Part shown: positions 31,492-41,241 of the stretch, in pieces
Layout of the letters: each line of letters opens with the position of its first letter
Numbering within the stretch: position 1 is the first letter of the stretch
Assembly (NCBI GenBank): GCA_963785305.1
Contig: CAWAUV010000007.1
Span: 1,312,001-1,376,000 of the forward strand
DNA from: an uncultured Planctomycetaceae bacterium
Lineage (GTDB): Bacteria; Planctomycetota; Planctomycetia; Pirellulales; PALSA-1355
Reading direction: 5' to 3'
DNA: 64,000 nt
The notes under the pieces: generated by a model
Database searches by the model: none
Seen by the model: the letters and a program-made list of their open reading frames with translations, nothing else
Told to the model about the DNA's origin: nothing
Translations under genes and position numbers: made by a program

Positions 31492-31583
31492 CGCGAGCCA
31501 GATGCCCGGAAACTTCGCGGGCGATGCGTCAATATCAAGGTAACAAAGTTCTTAGATCGTGGCGAACCAGTTCGACCGCCGCG
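31492..31583. repeat. 92-bp perfect direct repeat, copy 2
   Basis: Identical to 29408-29499; preceded by a short local duplication of CGCGAGCC. Confidence 0.95.
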
Positions 31584-31674
31584 GGTCCCTTATGCTGGCC
31601 TTCGGACGACGTGAGCGTTTTGTTGCTCTGCTTGGAAAGGTCTCGAAGGTGATTGCGAACCGGAAACGCCTGCC

Positions 31675-32022
31675 ATGAGCACTCGATCAAACACTTGCGA
31701 CTGCAATACGCTCGCCGCGGCGGTGGCGCCCGAGGATCTCGCGCGCGGCGATTTCGTGGCCGTGCTGCGCGAGGTGGTCGAGACACCGAGCTTTTTCTGG
31801 TGCGAGGTCGAGCGCTCGGATCGCGCGGAGATCGTGCGAATCGAACGCATTCCGACCGACGATCGCGCGCCGCTCAAAATCAAGGCGATCTGCTTGCCGT
31901 TTGTGTTCGTCAAACAGTTCGATGGCAAGCGCCGCACGCTCGACATGCGCCTGACCCGACTGGCGAGGCTGGATCGCGAATACGCGAAAACGGTCTGGAA
32001 GGCGATGACGCCGCGACATTGA
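31675..32022 (+). CDS. Hypothetical protein (115 aa)
   Basis: ATG start, protein-like composition (VAPEDLARGDFVAVL...ICLPFVFVK). Confidence 0.65.
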   Translation: MSTRSNTCDCNTLAAAVAPEDLARGDFVAVLREVVETPSFFWCEVERSDRAEIVRIERIPTDDRAPLKIKAICLPFVFVKQFDGKRRTLDMRLTRLARLDREYAKTVWKAMTPRH

Positions 32023-32107
32023 ACAGAATTATCACGACGAGCACGACGCTTCAATTCCCTCGCGGTTCACCTTCTCCGGCGCCGGCATTCAAGCGGCGTC
32101 ACCGTGG

Positions 32108-34783
32108 CTAACGGCGAACCTCGTAGTAATACGTGCGATATCGGCCGCCGATCGTGAAGCTGCCGCTGGGGTCGATCGGGATCGACTCGCTCTTGGGCAC
32201 GCCATAAATATCGAGCGGCCGGACCTCGCGCGGGCGGTCTCCGGCGAGCGAGAGCGTGGCCTCGACCGGTTCGAGCAGGAGCGGCGGGCCGCCGAGCGCG
32301 AGGAGTTTTTTACCATCGTCGCTGTAGGTGGCGCCGGTTTGTTTGTCTCGGGCCAGCGCCGTGATGAGCACATGGCGCGACTCGGCGAGCGGCCGATCAT
32401 CGAGCGAGGTGACGATGAGCGACACGAACGGCGTTTTCACGTTGGCGGTCACCGCCGGTAGCGAGATGGTCTCTCCCGCCGCGCGGCCCACGATCGCCTG
32501 GCTCTTGGCCGCCCGCAGCAGCACTCGCTCGCGGCCGTAGTCCCACCAGAGCTCGTCGGTCATGGAGCGCACCGTTTTCGCGCGCTTGTCCCAATAGCGA
32601 TCGAGATCGACTCGCTCCGGCTCCGATTGCTCGCTATCGCCGGCTTTTTCGAATCGCGCCGTGACCCGGCCCACGGCCAGCGCCTCGACCGGAGTCGCGA
32701 GCCGTCCGCGGGCGTTCTTAATGTCGTGGGCGCCGCCGCTCAAATCTTGCTGGAGCGGGTCGACGCCGGTGAAAAGATCGTCGATGCTCAATCGCCGCCC
32801 GATGGCGATCGGCGCTTCGGCGATGTGTTTGTGGGCGATGGCCAGCGACAGCGCGGGAAACTGACCGATGAAATGCGGAGTGTCGGTTACATAGCTATGC
32901 AGCCGCGGCCAGCCCTCGCCGGGCATCGCGCCGGAACTGGCGAAGTGATACGACGCGTCCCATCCTTGCAGACCAAGGCCATAAAACGCGATCAGCGGCG
33001 CCGCTTCGAGCTTCCACTGATTGGGCGGCATTTGCGTCCATTCGGTGGTGCTAAACGGACGATCTTCCACTTGATAGAGTCCCATGCTCAGCAGATGGGC
33101 GCCCGGTTGCTTGAGTTGCGATTCGTTATGCACTTCGCCGGGAATGATGCCGTGGCCGCCGGCGCCGCCGCCGAAATAGTTGTGGCGATCGATCATGTCG
33201 CCGACCGTGTCGCAGTAGAGGTTGGCGGGATCAGCCGCCGGTCCGCCGGCGCGCCATGCGCTAGTCACCGTGATCGCGCGATAGCCAAGATCGCGCACCT
33301 GTTTTTCGCGCCGCTCATAGAAGCCGCGCTGCAAATCGGTAAGGAAATGAATAAAGTCGCCGGCGCGAGCCGTTTGGCCTTTGAATTCGTAGGCCGGTCC
33401 ATCGCTCGCGAAATGATGCGCGCCCATCAGCTCGAGCTCGCCGCTCGGCCAAGCATCGGCCGGGCGAAGGCCCCCCCAGGCTTTTTTCACGGAGTCTTCG
33501 GAACCGTATTTGGCTTGGACCCAGGCGAAGAATTTTTGCCGCAACCGCTTGGCGTGTTGCGGCCACTTCGCGGAGCGAAGATCGTTGAGCGGAAAATAAA
33601 AGAAGATGCAGTCTTCGTTTTGAAACTCGAGCACGGCGAGCGCCGGATCGTCGATCGGCCGCAAGCCGGTATAGGGATTTCTATGCGTGAGCAGCGCTTC
33701 CAAATATCGCCACTGCAAGTCTTGCAGTCGCGGTTCGATATTCACAAGACCATAGCTATTTCGCATGTCGGCCTTGGCGTCGACGACCGGGAGTTCGTTG
33801 AAGAGCTCGGCGTCGTAATCATCGTGGGGACCGATGCGCTGGCCATAGAACACCGACCAAGTCATGTAGATGCCCTGCTTCTTGAGCTCGGCGCACCACC
33901 AATCGAAATGATCGAGCCGCTGGGCGTCGAACTTGCCATCATGCAGTTGACCGAGCTCCGATTCCACCGGATGCTGACGGATCATCGTCACGCCATGCTT
34001 GCGCAGGTAGCGCGCTCGTTGCGTAAGTTGTTCACGGGAATAAACGCCTTCTTCAAGATTCGCGCCGCAGCCCCAAAACTGAATGGGCGCCGAGCTTTTT
34101 TCGAACTTGAGCCGATTGCCATCGCGCTGGAGAAAACCATGTTGCCCGGCCGGCGCTTCGATGTCGCGCGAGCGGTCGATCACCGAATCGGGCGAAAACG
34201 TATCGGTGTCAAATGTCACGGGAAACCAATCGCTCGAACCGGCCGGCCCCGTCTTGCCAGGCTTATTGGCGCCCGAGGGCACGAAGCCGCTGTTGTCGAA
34301 GACAAAACAGTCGACCCCGCCGTGGTTGGCGATCTTGCTCTCGAAGCGGAGCGTGATTTCGTTCTTGCCCTCCCGGAGCGCGACTTTGCCGACCTTGACC
34401 CAAGCCAGCGAACGATGGTCGGGCGTCTTCGAGATCATCATTTCGCCGCGACGGTCGGCAAAGTCGATCACCACCGACGCCGCGCCATTGAGCGCATACG
34501 ACGCCTTGCTCAACGACGGATTGCCTCGCCACCAAAACGTAAATTCCCCGGCCTGGGGCGATTGGAATTCATACGTGGCCACGCCGGGTTTCTTGCCGTC
34601 GTAATGCGAAAGCCACTCGTGGCCCGACATGCCTTCCTTTCGCACATCGTCGTACCAGCCATGCTTCGATACATCGCGCCGCGTGGCGTCCTCGCCTTCG
34701 ATCCACACGGTCTCGGCCCGGGCAATGGTGGAAACAAAGAGCGGCAAGAAAGCCACCAGCGCGAACATGAGGCGAGCGTTCAT
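32108..34783 (-). CDS. Secreted clan GH-A-like glycoside hydrolase with N-terminal CBM-like domain
   Basis: Signal peptide; VWIEGED jelly-roll start; FWG.NL, LLTHRNPYTGLRPIDDPALAVLEFQNED (acid/base NE), DRHNY, FSTTEW (likely nucleophile). Confidence 0.8.
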   Translation of the reverse strand: MNARLMFALVAFLPLFVSTIARAETVWIEGEDATRRDVSKHGWYDDVRKEGMSGHEWLSHYDGKKPGVATYEFQSPQAGEFTFWWRGNPSLSKASYALNGAASVVIDFADRRGEMMISKTPDHRSLAWVKVGKVALREGKNEITLRFESKIANHGGVDCFVFDNSGFVPSGANKPGKTGPAGSSDWFPVTFDTDTFSPDSVIDRSRDIEAPAGQHGFLQRDGNRLKFEKSSAPIQFWGCGANLEEGVYSREQLTQRARYLRKHGVTMIRQHPVESELGQLHDGKFDAQRLDHFDWWCAELKKQGIYMTWSVFYGQRIGPHDDYDAELFNELPVVDAKADMRNSYGLVNIEPRLQDLQWRYLEALLTHRNPYTGLRPIDDPALAVLEFQNEDCIFFYFPLNDLRSAKWPQHAKRLRQKFFAWVQAKYGSEDSVKKAWGGLRPADAWPSGELELMGAHHFASDGPAYEFKGQTARAGDFIHFLTDLQRGFYERREKQVRDLGYRAITVTSAWRAGGPAADPANLYCDTVGDMIDRHNYFGGGAGGHGIIPGEVHNESQLKQPGAHLLSMGLYQVEDRPFSTTEWTQMPPNQWKLEAAPLIAFYGLGLQGWDASYHFASSGAMPGEGWPRLHSYVTDTPHFIGQFPALSLAIAHKHIAEAPIAIGRRLSIDDLFTGVDPLQQDLSGGAHDIKNARGRLATPVEALAVGRVTARFEKAGDSEQSEPERVDLDRYWDKRAKTVRSMTDELWWDYGRERVLLRAAKSQAIVGRAAGETISLPAVTANVKTPFVSLIVTSLDDRPLAESRHVLITALARDKQTGATYSDDGKKLLALGGPPLLLEPVEATLSLAGDRPREVRPLDIYGVPKSESIPIDPSGSFTIGGRYRTYYYEVRR

Positions 34784-34898
34784 GGGGTCATCCACGGGCC
34801 AAGGGAAGGCGGGGGGAAGGGAGCGGCTCGAATTTTAACGGCCCGCGCGGCGCATCGCCAGAAAATTGCCGCGCGGCGCACGGGCCGAAACACTCCGG

Positions 34899-36991
34899 TC
34901 AGCCGACATCGCCCAAATCGAGCGAGTGCCCGTACGCGCACGGCGCCATGCGGCGCAACCGCGCATGCTCCGGCGCGCAGGCCGGGGTCGCTGGCCACGA
35001 GCGCGAGCATCGCGCCGGGCTTCTTCGAGCTCGGCGCTGTCGCGCCTGAGGTCGGCGATGCGTAGTGGCGGCAAGCCATGTTGCCGAGTGCCGAGGAGAT
35101 CGCCTGGCCCGCGGAGGCGGAAGTCGATCTCGGCCAGTTCAAAGCCATCGGTCGATTGGACGAGCGCTTCGAGCCGCTGTCGGCCCTCGTCGCTGGGGGC
35201 GTCGGCCATCAGGCAACAGTACCCGGCATGGGCCCCGCGGCTCACGCGACCACGCAATTGATGCAACTGCGCGAGGCCGAAACGATCGGCGCTTTCGATG
35301 CTCATCAGCGTGGCGTTGGGTACATCGACGCCCACCTCGACGACGCTCGTGGCCACCAGCACCTGGGTGTCGCCGCGGCGAAAAGCCCGCATCGCCGCTT
35401 GCTTCTCGTCGGCCGAAAGCCGGCCATGCACGACCCCCAAGCGAAAGTCCGCCAGTTCCCCGTTGGCCAGCCGCTCATACATGGCATCAAGGCTCGTGAC
35501 TGGCATCGCTTCCGATTCCTCGACCAGGGGCGCGATCACGTAACCTTGGCGACCTTCATGCAGCTTTCGACGGAAAAAGTCCCACCAGCGGTCGCGCAGT
35601 TCGGGCGCCGGCCAATAGGTGTTCACCTTTTGGCGGCCCGGCGGAGCGTCGCGAAGCGTGGAGACGTCGAGGTCTCCGAAGAGCGCGAGGGCGATCGTGC
35701 GCGGAATCGGCGTGGCGGTCATCACCAGATAATGCGGATGCGGGCCGGCCTGCTTGAGCATGGCCCGCTGGCGCACGCCGAACTTGTGTCCTTCATCGAT
35801 CACGACCAGGGCCAATTTGGCGAACGCCATCTGCTGCTCGACGACGGCCTGGGTGCCGACCACGATTTGCGCCTCGCCGCTCTTGAGTTGCTCGACGATC
35901 CGATCGCGCTCCCCGGCGCGCACGCCGCCCGTGAGCAGCCCCAGCCGCACTTGGCTGCCGGCAAGCATGCGCTCGAGTGTTTCGTAGTGCTGCCGAGCCA
36001 GGATTTCAGTGGGCGCCATCAGCGCGGCTTGGGCTCCGTGGGCCACGGCGAGCAGCATCGCATGGAGCGCCACCACCGTCTTGCCGCTGCCCACGTCGCC
36101 CTGCAGCAAGCGATTCATCGGCGTGGGACGGCTCATGTCGGCCGTGATCTCAGCGATGACTTTATTTTGTCCGGCCGTGAATTCATAAGGAAAAAGCCGG
36201 CGAATGCGGGCATCGATCTTGCCCGTGGATTCGAGCGGAGCGGCCTTGGCGTCGGACTGGGTTTGATGCCGCTTCACGGCCAAGGCCAGTTGCAGCACGA
36301 AGAGCTCTTGATACACGAACCGCCGCCGAGCCCGATCGAGACTCGCCCGGTCGCTGGGAAAATGAAGCTGCGGCAGCGCTTCGTGAATCGAGGCTAGCTC
36401 ATGCTCGGCGCGAAACGCCTCGGGAAACACTTCGTCGAGCTGGGAGGTAGCGGCGTCGATCGCCGCGCGGGTCAGCCGGCGCACATGCCGCTGGGCGAGT
36501 CCCTCGGTGAGCGGATACACCGGCAGCAACTGGCCGGCCACGTCCGCCGGATCGCTCGACTCGATGAACTTCACTTGCGGATGCGACATTTCCCATCGCG
36601 GCCCATGCTGCTTGGCCTTGCCTGAAAGCATCACCAGTTGCCCGATGCGAAACTTGGCTCGCAAAAAGGGCTGATTGAACCACAAGGCCGCAGATAGCCG
36701 GCGTCTTGCTTGATGAGCACACCGAGCAGCGAGCGTCCGCCGGGCTTATCGTGTTGATCGATATCGTCGACCACGCCGAGCACGCTCACGAGCACGCCTT
36801 CTTCCAGGCGGTCGATCGTGCGTAGATCGGTAAGGTCTTGATGATCGCGGGGAAAGAAGAACAACAGATCGCGAATCACGCGCACGCCGAGCTTCTCGAA
36901 GAGCGCCGCGCGCGCGGGCCCACCAGCCGCTCAAAAACTGAATCGGCGTGGCAAGTTCCAAGGCAGCGCGACCGGCGGAAGACTCTGGCAT
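34899..36991 (-). CDS. recG: ATP-dependent DNA helicase RecG (several frameshifts at both ends)
   Basis: RLLQGDVGSGKT, MAPTEILARQH, DEGHKFG, MTATPIPRT, EVGVDVPNA, GLAQLHQLRGRV, LRGPGD; C-terminal ...LDLGDVG stop at 34899. Confidence 0.95.
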
Positions 36992-37103
36992 GCCCCCATT
37001 GTAGCAAAGCTAAATTGGGCGAGGCGGCTTGGGCGAGAATGACTCGATCTCGCGGCAGAGAGCGGGAAATCGCGAGGGCCCTAATTATGCAGCCTCAGGC
37101 GAT

Positions 37104-37566
37104 TCATCGCTTGAGGAAGCGTTGATAGGCGGCGACGGCGAGCTCGTCGCAGCGTTCGTTTTCCACATGGCCGGCGTGGCCGGCGACATAGGAATATTCC
37201 AAGCGATGGGCGGCGACCAGTTCATCGAGCCGGCGCCATAGGTCCTCGTTTTTCACTTCCTTGAACTTGCCGCCCTCGCGCCGCCGCCAGCCGTTGGCCT
37301 TCCACTTGGCCATCCATTCGCTGAGCCCCTTGCCGACATATTGGCTATCGGCGAAGAGCGTGACGCGCGACGGGCTCTTGAGCGATTCCAGGCCGCGCAC
37401 CACGGCGGTGAGCTCCATGCGATTGTTGGTCGTGAGCGGTTCGCCGCCCGATTGCTCGAGCTCCTTGCCCGACGCCGGGTGACGAAGAATAAAGGCCCAA
37501 CCGCCCGGGCCGGGATTGCCGCTGCCAGCCGCCATCGGTGTACAGCTCGACGTGGGGTAGATCCAT
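37104..37566 (-). CDS. rnhA: Ribonuclease HI (frameshift near 37530)
   Basis: VELYTDGG + SGNPGPGGW, TTNNRMEL, DSQYV, VKNEDLW, GHAGHVENERCDELA. Confidence 0.95.
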
Positions 37567-37638
37567 CGCGGAATGCTTGCCTTCGCAAAGGTGAAAAACA
37601 CGTTGTTCGCGGGGCGCGGAACCGAGCCCTTCCTCGCG

Positions 37639-39348
37639 TCAACCGCTCGAGGCGGTCGCCGGCAGGGAGTTGGAAAGATCGGCGCTCGCGGCATGCTCCG
37701 TTTCCACGAACGGCTCGGCTCGGGGCGCCTCGTCCTTTCGCCAGGGGAGCGTCACCCTGAACGTGCTGCCCTTGCCGAGCTCGCTATCGAGAGCGATTTC
37801 GCCGCCCAAGAGCCGACACAACTCCTTGACGATCGAGAGCCCCAGGCCGGTGCCCGAGTATTCGCGAGTCATTGCGTCGCCGCGAGCCAGCACCGATTTT
37901 CCTTGCCGGAACTTTTCGAAGATGATCTGCTGCTCGTCCTCGGCGATGCCAACTCCGGTGTCGGCCACCACCAACTCGAGCGCGTCGACCCGCGCACTGC
38001 GCCGTGCCGTGACCACGATCCGGCCGCCCTCGGGCGTGAACTTGATCGCATTGCTCAGCAGATTGTTCAAAATCTGCTGCACCTTGGTCAAGTCCTGGCG
38101 GAGCGGCGGCAGGTCGGGCGCGGTGATCGCTTCGAGGTCGATATTCTTGCGCTCGCTCAACGGGCGGCTCATGTCGCACTGCGCCGAGATGATCGACTCG
38201 ATACGAAATTCGCTTAGCCGCACTTCCATCTTTCCGGCGTCGATCTTCGCCAAGTCGAGAATATCGTTGATCATCTCGAGCAGCACACGGCCCGAGCCCT
38301 GGATGTTTTTCACATATCGCTTTTGTTTGTCGTCGAGCGAGTCGATCGCGCCCAGCACATCGCTAAAACCGATGATCGCATTCAGCGGAGTGCGCAGCTC
38401 ATGGCTCATCGTGGCCAGAAAGTCGCTTTTGACCCGGTTCATTTCGTAGAGCCGCATATTCGACTGGGCCAACTCGTCGACCTTCATATCGAGCGAATTG
38501 TTCACGGTGCGCAGTTCGGTTTGAATGTCGGTCAAGTGGCGAAGCATGCGATTGAACGCCGCGGCGAGCGCCTCGAATTCGTCGCCGGTGTGGATTTCGG
38601 CCCGCATGCTCGTATTGCCGCGGCTGATCTCGTTGCTCACGTCGCGCAGGTGGCGGAGCGGTTTGACGATCACATAGCGAATGATCAGATACGAAACGAA
38701 CATCGCCATGAACACGGTGATAATGGCGGTGGTGATCAGAATCGCGAGGTTCTCGGCCAGGGCCTTGCGATTTTCCTCGTCGCTGAACACCACTTTCACC
38801 ACCGCCATCAGGTCGCCTTCCTGCCATTCGGGCAACCCGGCGGCGATGCGCTTGATGTTGTGGCACACGATGCAGGAGCCGGCTTTGGCTCGCACCGGTT
38901 GATAGTAGATGTATTCCTTGTCGCGCGGCGAGGAATACGCCATGAATTGCGGGGACTGCTCGTCGCCAGACGGGGGCACGGCGCGGAACGCATCGAGCGC
39001 CCGCCAGTCGTATTCGTCCTTGGGCTGATCAGGTCCGTCGGATTGCGGCTTGATGAGCGCGGTGCGCTTGTAGGCCTGATTGCGAAGATCCTCGCCGATC
39101 GATTTGTTCAGCGCGAGCTCTTCCTCGCGCTCCGCCGCCAGCCGCTCCCAGTGCATGCGGAGCATAATCGCGTCGACCATGCCGCGGCCGGTGCGCTGCG
39201 CGGCCAAATAGACTTGTTTTTCCGTCCGGCTGCCATACCACCAGAAGCTGCCCGCGATCAGGGCAAACAGACACACCCCGAACAGAAATAGACACTTCCG
39301 CTCCAGGTTCGTCTCGCCCAGGATCGCTTTAAGGGAGCGGTAGGACAT
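37639..39348 (-). CDS. Membrane sensor histidine kinase with periplasmic CxxCH sensor domain and HAMP
   Basis: Two TM helices; CIVCH; HAMP; MSHELRTPL; NLLSNAIKFT; DTGVGI; GTGLGL. Confidence 0.93.
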   Translation of the reverse strand: MSYRSLKAILGETNLERKCLFLFGVCLFALIAGSFWWYGSRTEKQVYLAAQRTGRGMVDAIMLRMHWERLAAEREEELALNKSIGEDLRNQAYKRTALIKPQSDGPDQPKDEYDWRALDAFRAVPPSGDEQSPQFMAYSSPRDKEYIYYQPVRAKAGSCIVCHNIKRIAAGLPEWQEGDLMAVVKVVFSDEENRKALAENLAILITTAIITVFMAMFVSYLIIRYVIVKPLRHLRDVSNEISRGNTSMRAEIHTGDEFEALAAAFNRMLRHLTDIQTELRTVNNSLDMKVDELAQSNMRLYEMNRVKSDFLATMSHELRTPLNAIIGFSDVLGAIDSLDDKQKRYVKNIQGSGRVLLEMINDILDLAKIDAGKMEVRLSEFRIESIISAQCDMSRPLSERKNIDLEAITAPDLPPLRQDLTKVQQILNNLLSNAIKFTPEGGRIVVTARRSARVDALELVVADTGVGIAEDEQQIIFEKFRQGKSVLARGDAMTREYSGTGLGLSIVKELCRLLGGEIALDSELGKGSTFRVTLPWRKDEAPRAEPFVETEHAASADLSNSLPATASSG

Positions 39349-39491
39349 GCGTCTTTCGTTTCAGGAATGCGCGCCATCCGCGACGCTCGGACTCACGGGC
39401 CGAAAAAACGGCGATCTACTCCGACGAGCTTCATCATTTTACGAATCATCGCCGGACCAAGCTACCGCAACCTCGGTCGACGCGACTGTTT

Positions 39492-41208
39492 GGGACCAGT
39501 TCAGCTTTTGCGGGTTGGGGGGTGGATGTGGAAACGTCAATAGGAGAATTCGGGGTTTGTGTGGTAAGCTGGGCGAGGTGGATTTGATCGGTGAACGAAA
39601 CTTGCTTAAGGAGCGCTAGGCATGGACGCCGCGATGCAGGCCCGCGAGGCCAGGAGGAAGGAACTTTTGCGGGAACTGGCCGAACTGGGAATCGAGGAGA
39701 TGGTCGAGCAGGGGGCGTTCCTCGGCACGCCGCACTATAGCGTCATCGAGCGGTATGCTATCACGCTCGGCCGCGAGTTGAGCCGTGAAGCCCAAGAGCG
39801 AGCGATGCGTGAAGTCGCCGCGAGCTGCCCGACGGAAGCGAACTGCCCCACCTGCGGAGCGTCGTGCCGCGTGCAAACCGCAACGAGGCCGGTCACCAGC
39901 CTGGATGGCCGGGTCGAGGTGACCGAGACGACCGCTTACTGCGACCGCTGCCGGCGGTCTTTTTTTCCCTCAGCGGTTGACGTTGGGACTCGATAGCCGC
40001 GAGGTCACGCCCGAGTTGACGCGAGCCGTGGTCTGCCTAGCCGCGGAAGTCCGTTCGTTCAAGTGCGCGGAAGTGATCACCGAGCAAGTGCTGGGACACA
40101 AAGTTCCCTGCAGCACGATTCGGCGTTTGGTGAAACAGGTGGGCCAGGAACTGGCCGACGGGAAGGCACTGCCGGCGCCCAGCGACAATAAAAAAGTCGT
40201 CAAGGAAGTCGTCGTGCCGGAAGCGGCGGTGGTCTCTTGCGACGGCGGCCGCATTCGCACGCGCGAGCCGGGCCGGGGGCGCGGCGTCGTGCCGTCGGGC
40301 GAGAAAGGCTGGCGCGAAACGAAGAACGCTTCGTTCGAGCGAATGTCTCTCAACCCGCGGCATGTCGCGGACGAAGACGCTTGCCCCGAGTTGCCGACTT
40401 CCTTTCGCATCGCGAAAAAAGTGGCGAATATCGCGGAAAAAGCGGTTCCCCGCCTCGATTCGCCCGGCGAAGAATCCGCCGCCGAGAAACCCCGCCGCGT
40501 GAAGTACGAAGGCCCGCGGCGCGTGCTGCGCACGGCGCTGAGCAGTATGTCCTGCTCGGAGGATTTCGGCCCGCTGATGCGGCGCGAAGCCCAGCGGCGC
40601 CGGTTCTACGATTCTCCTTTACGGGTCTTCCTCGGTGATGGCCTGAACTGGAACTGGTCGATCTGGAAAAAACATTTTCCGACGTTCACGCCCGTCCTCG
40701 ACTTCATTCATGCGATTCAATACGTTTACCGCGCGGCGCTGGCGCTGGCCGCCAACGATGCGGAGGGTTGGTCGCTCTATCTAAAGTTCGTCACCTGGTG
40801 CTGGCAAGGCCAGGTCGATCACGTGATCGACGAGATCAAGCAAGCCTGCCTCGCCCGGGGCATCGACTGGGAAGATACGAAACCCAGTGACGCGGAGAAA
40901 GCGCTCGTCGACGCCGTGCGGTACTTGACGAACAATCGCCAGCGGATGGACTATCCCAGCTATCGCCGCCTGGGCCTGCCGGTCACCAGCGCGCCGATGG
41001 AGTCGCTGATCAAACAGATGAACCTGCGCGTGAAAGGGACCGAAATGTTCTGGGACGATCCCGACGGAGCGGAAGCGATCTTGCAGCTCCGCGCCGCCGC
41101 CCTCAGCGACGACGGCCGGCTCAAGGACTACCTCTCGCAACGCCCCGGCCACCCCTTCCACCGCCGCTCCACCCCCCTCGCCACCGCCGCATAAGCTGAA
41201 CTGGTCCC
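39492..41208 (+). mobile_element. Intact ISKra4-like (DDE, UPF0236-type) insertion sequence, 1717 bp
   Basis: 22-bp TIRs GGGACCAGTTCAGCTT(T/A)TGCGG with one mismatch; 9-bp TSD CGACTGTTT at 39483-39491 and 41209-41217. Confidence 0.93.
39622..41194 (+). CDS. IS transposase split into orfA (39622-39996) and orfB (to 41194) at a T7-CCC run
   Basis: orfA CPTCG...CDRCRRSFFP; orfB SCDGG, FLGDG, LDFIHA, LPVTSAPMESLIK, FW. Confidence 0.88.
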
Positions 41209-41241
41209 CGACTGTTTTTACCGCCCCCACCTTGGCGTCGC

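Noticed and set aside
29408..31583. Integron attI/attC or dif site (core AACAAAGTT resembles attI1)
   Set aside because: No GTTRRRY continuation, no attC-type inverted boxes, no match to the dif consensus and no integrase in the window.
18017..35065. Long antisense ORFs (18017-19999, 27357-28733 alternate frame, 32627-35065; also 11674-12996, 41282-42604, 61341-62576)
   Set aside because: They overlap well-supported genes, lack motifs and are typical high-GC shadow frames.
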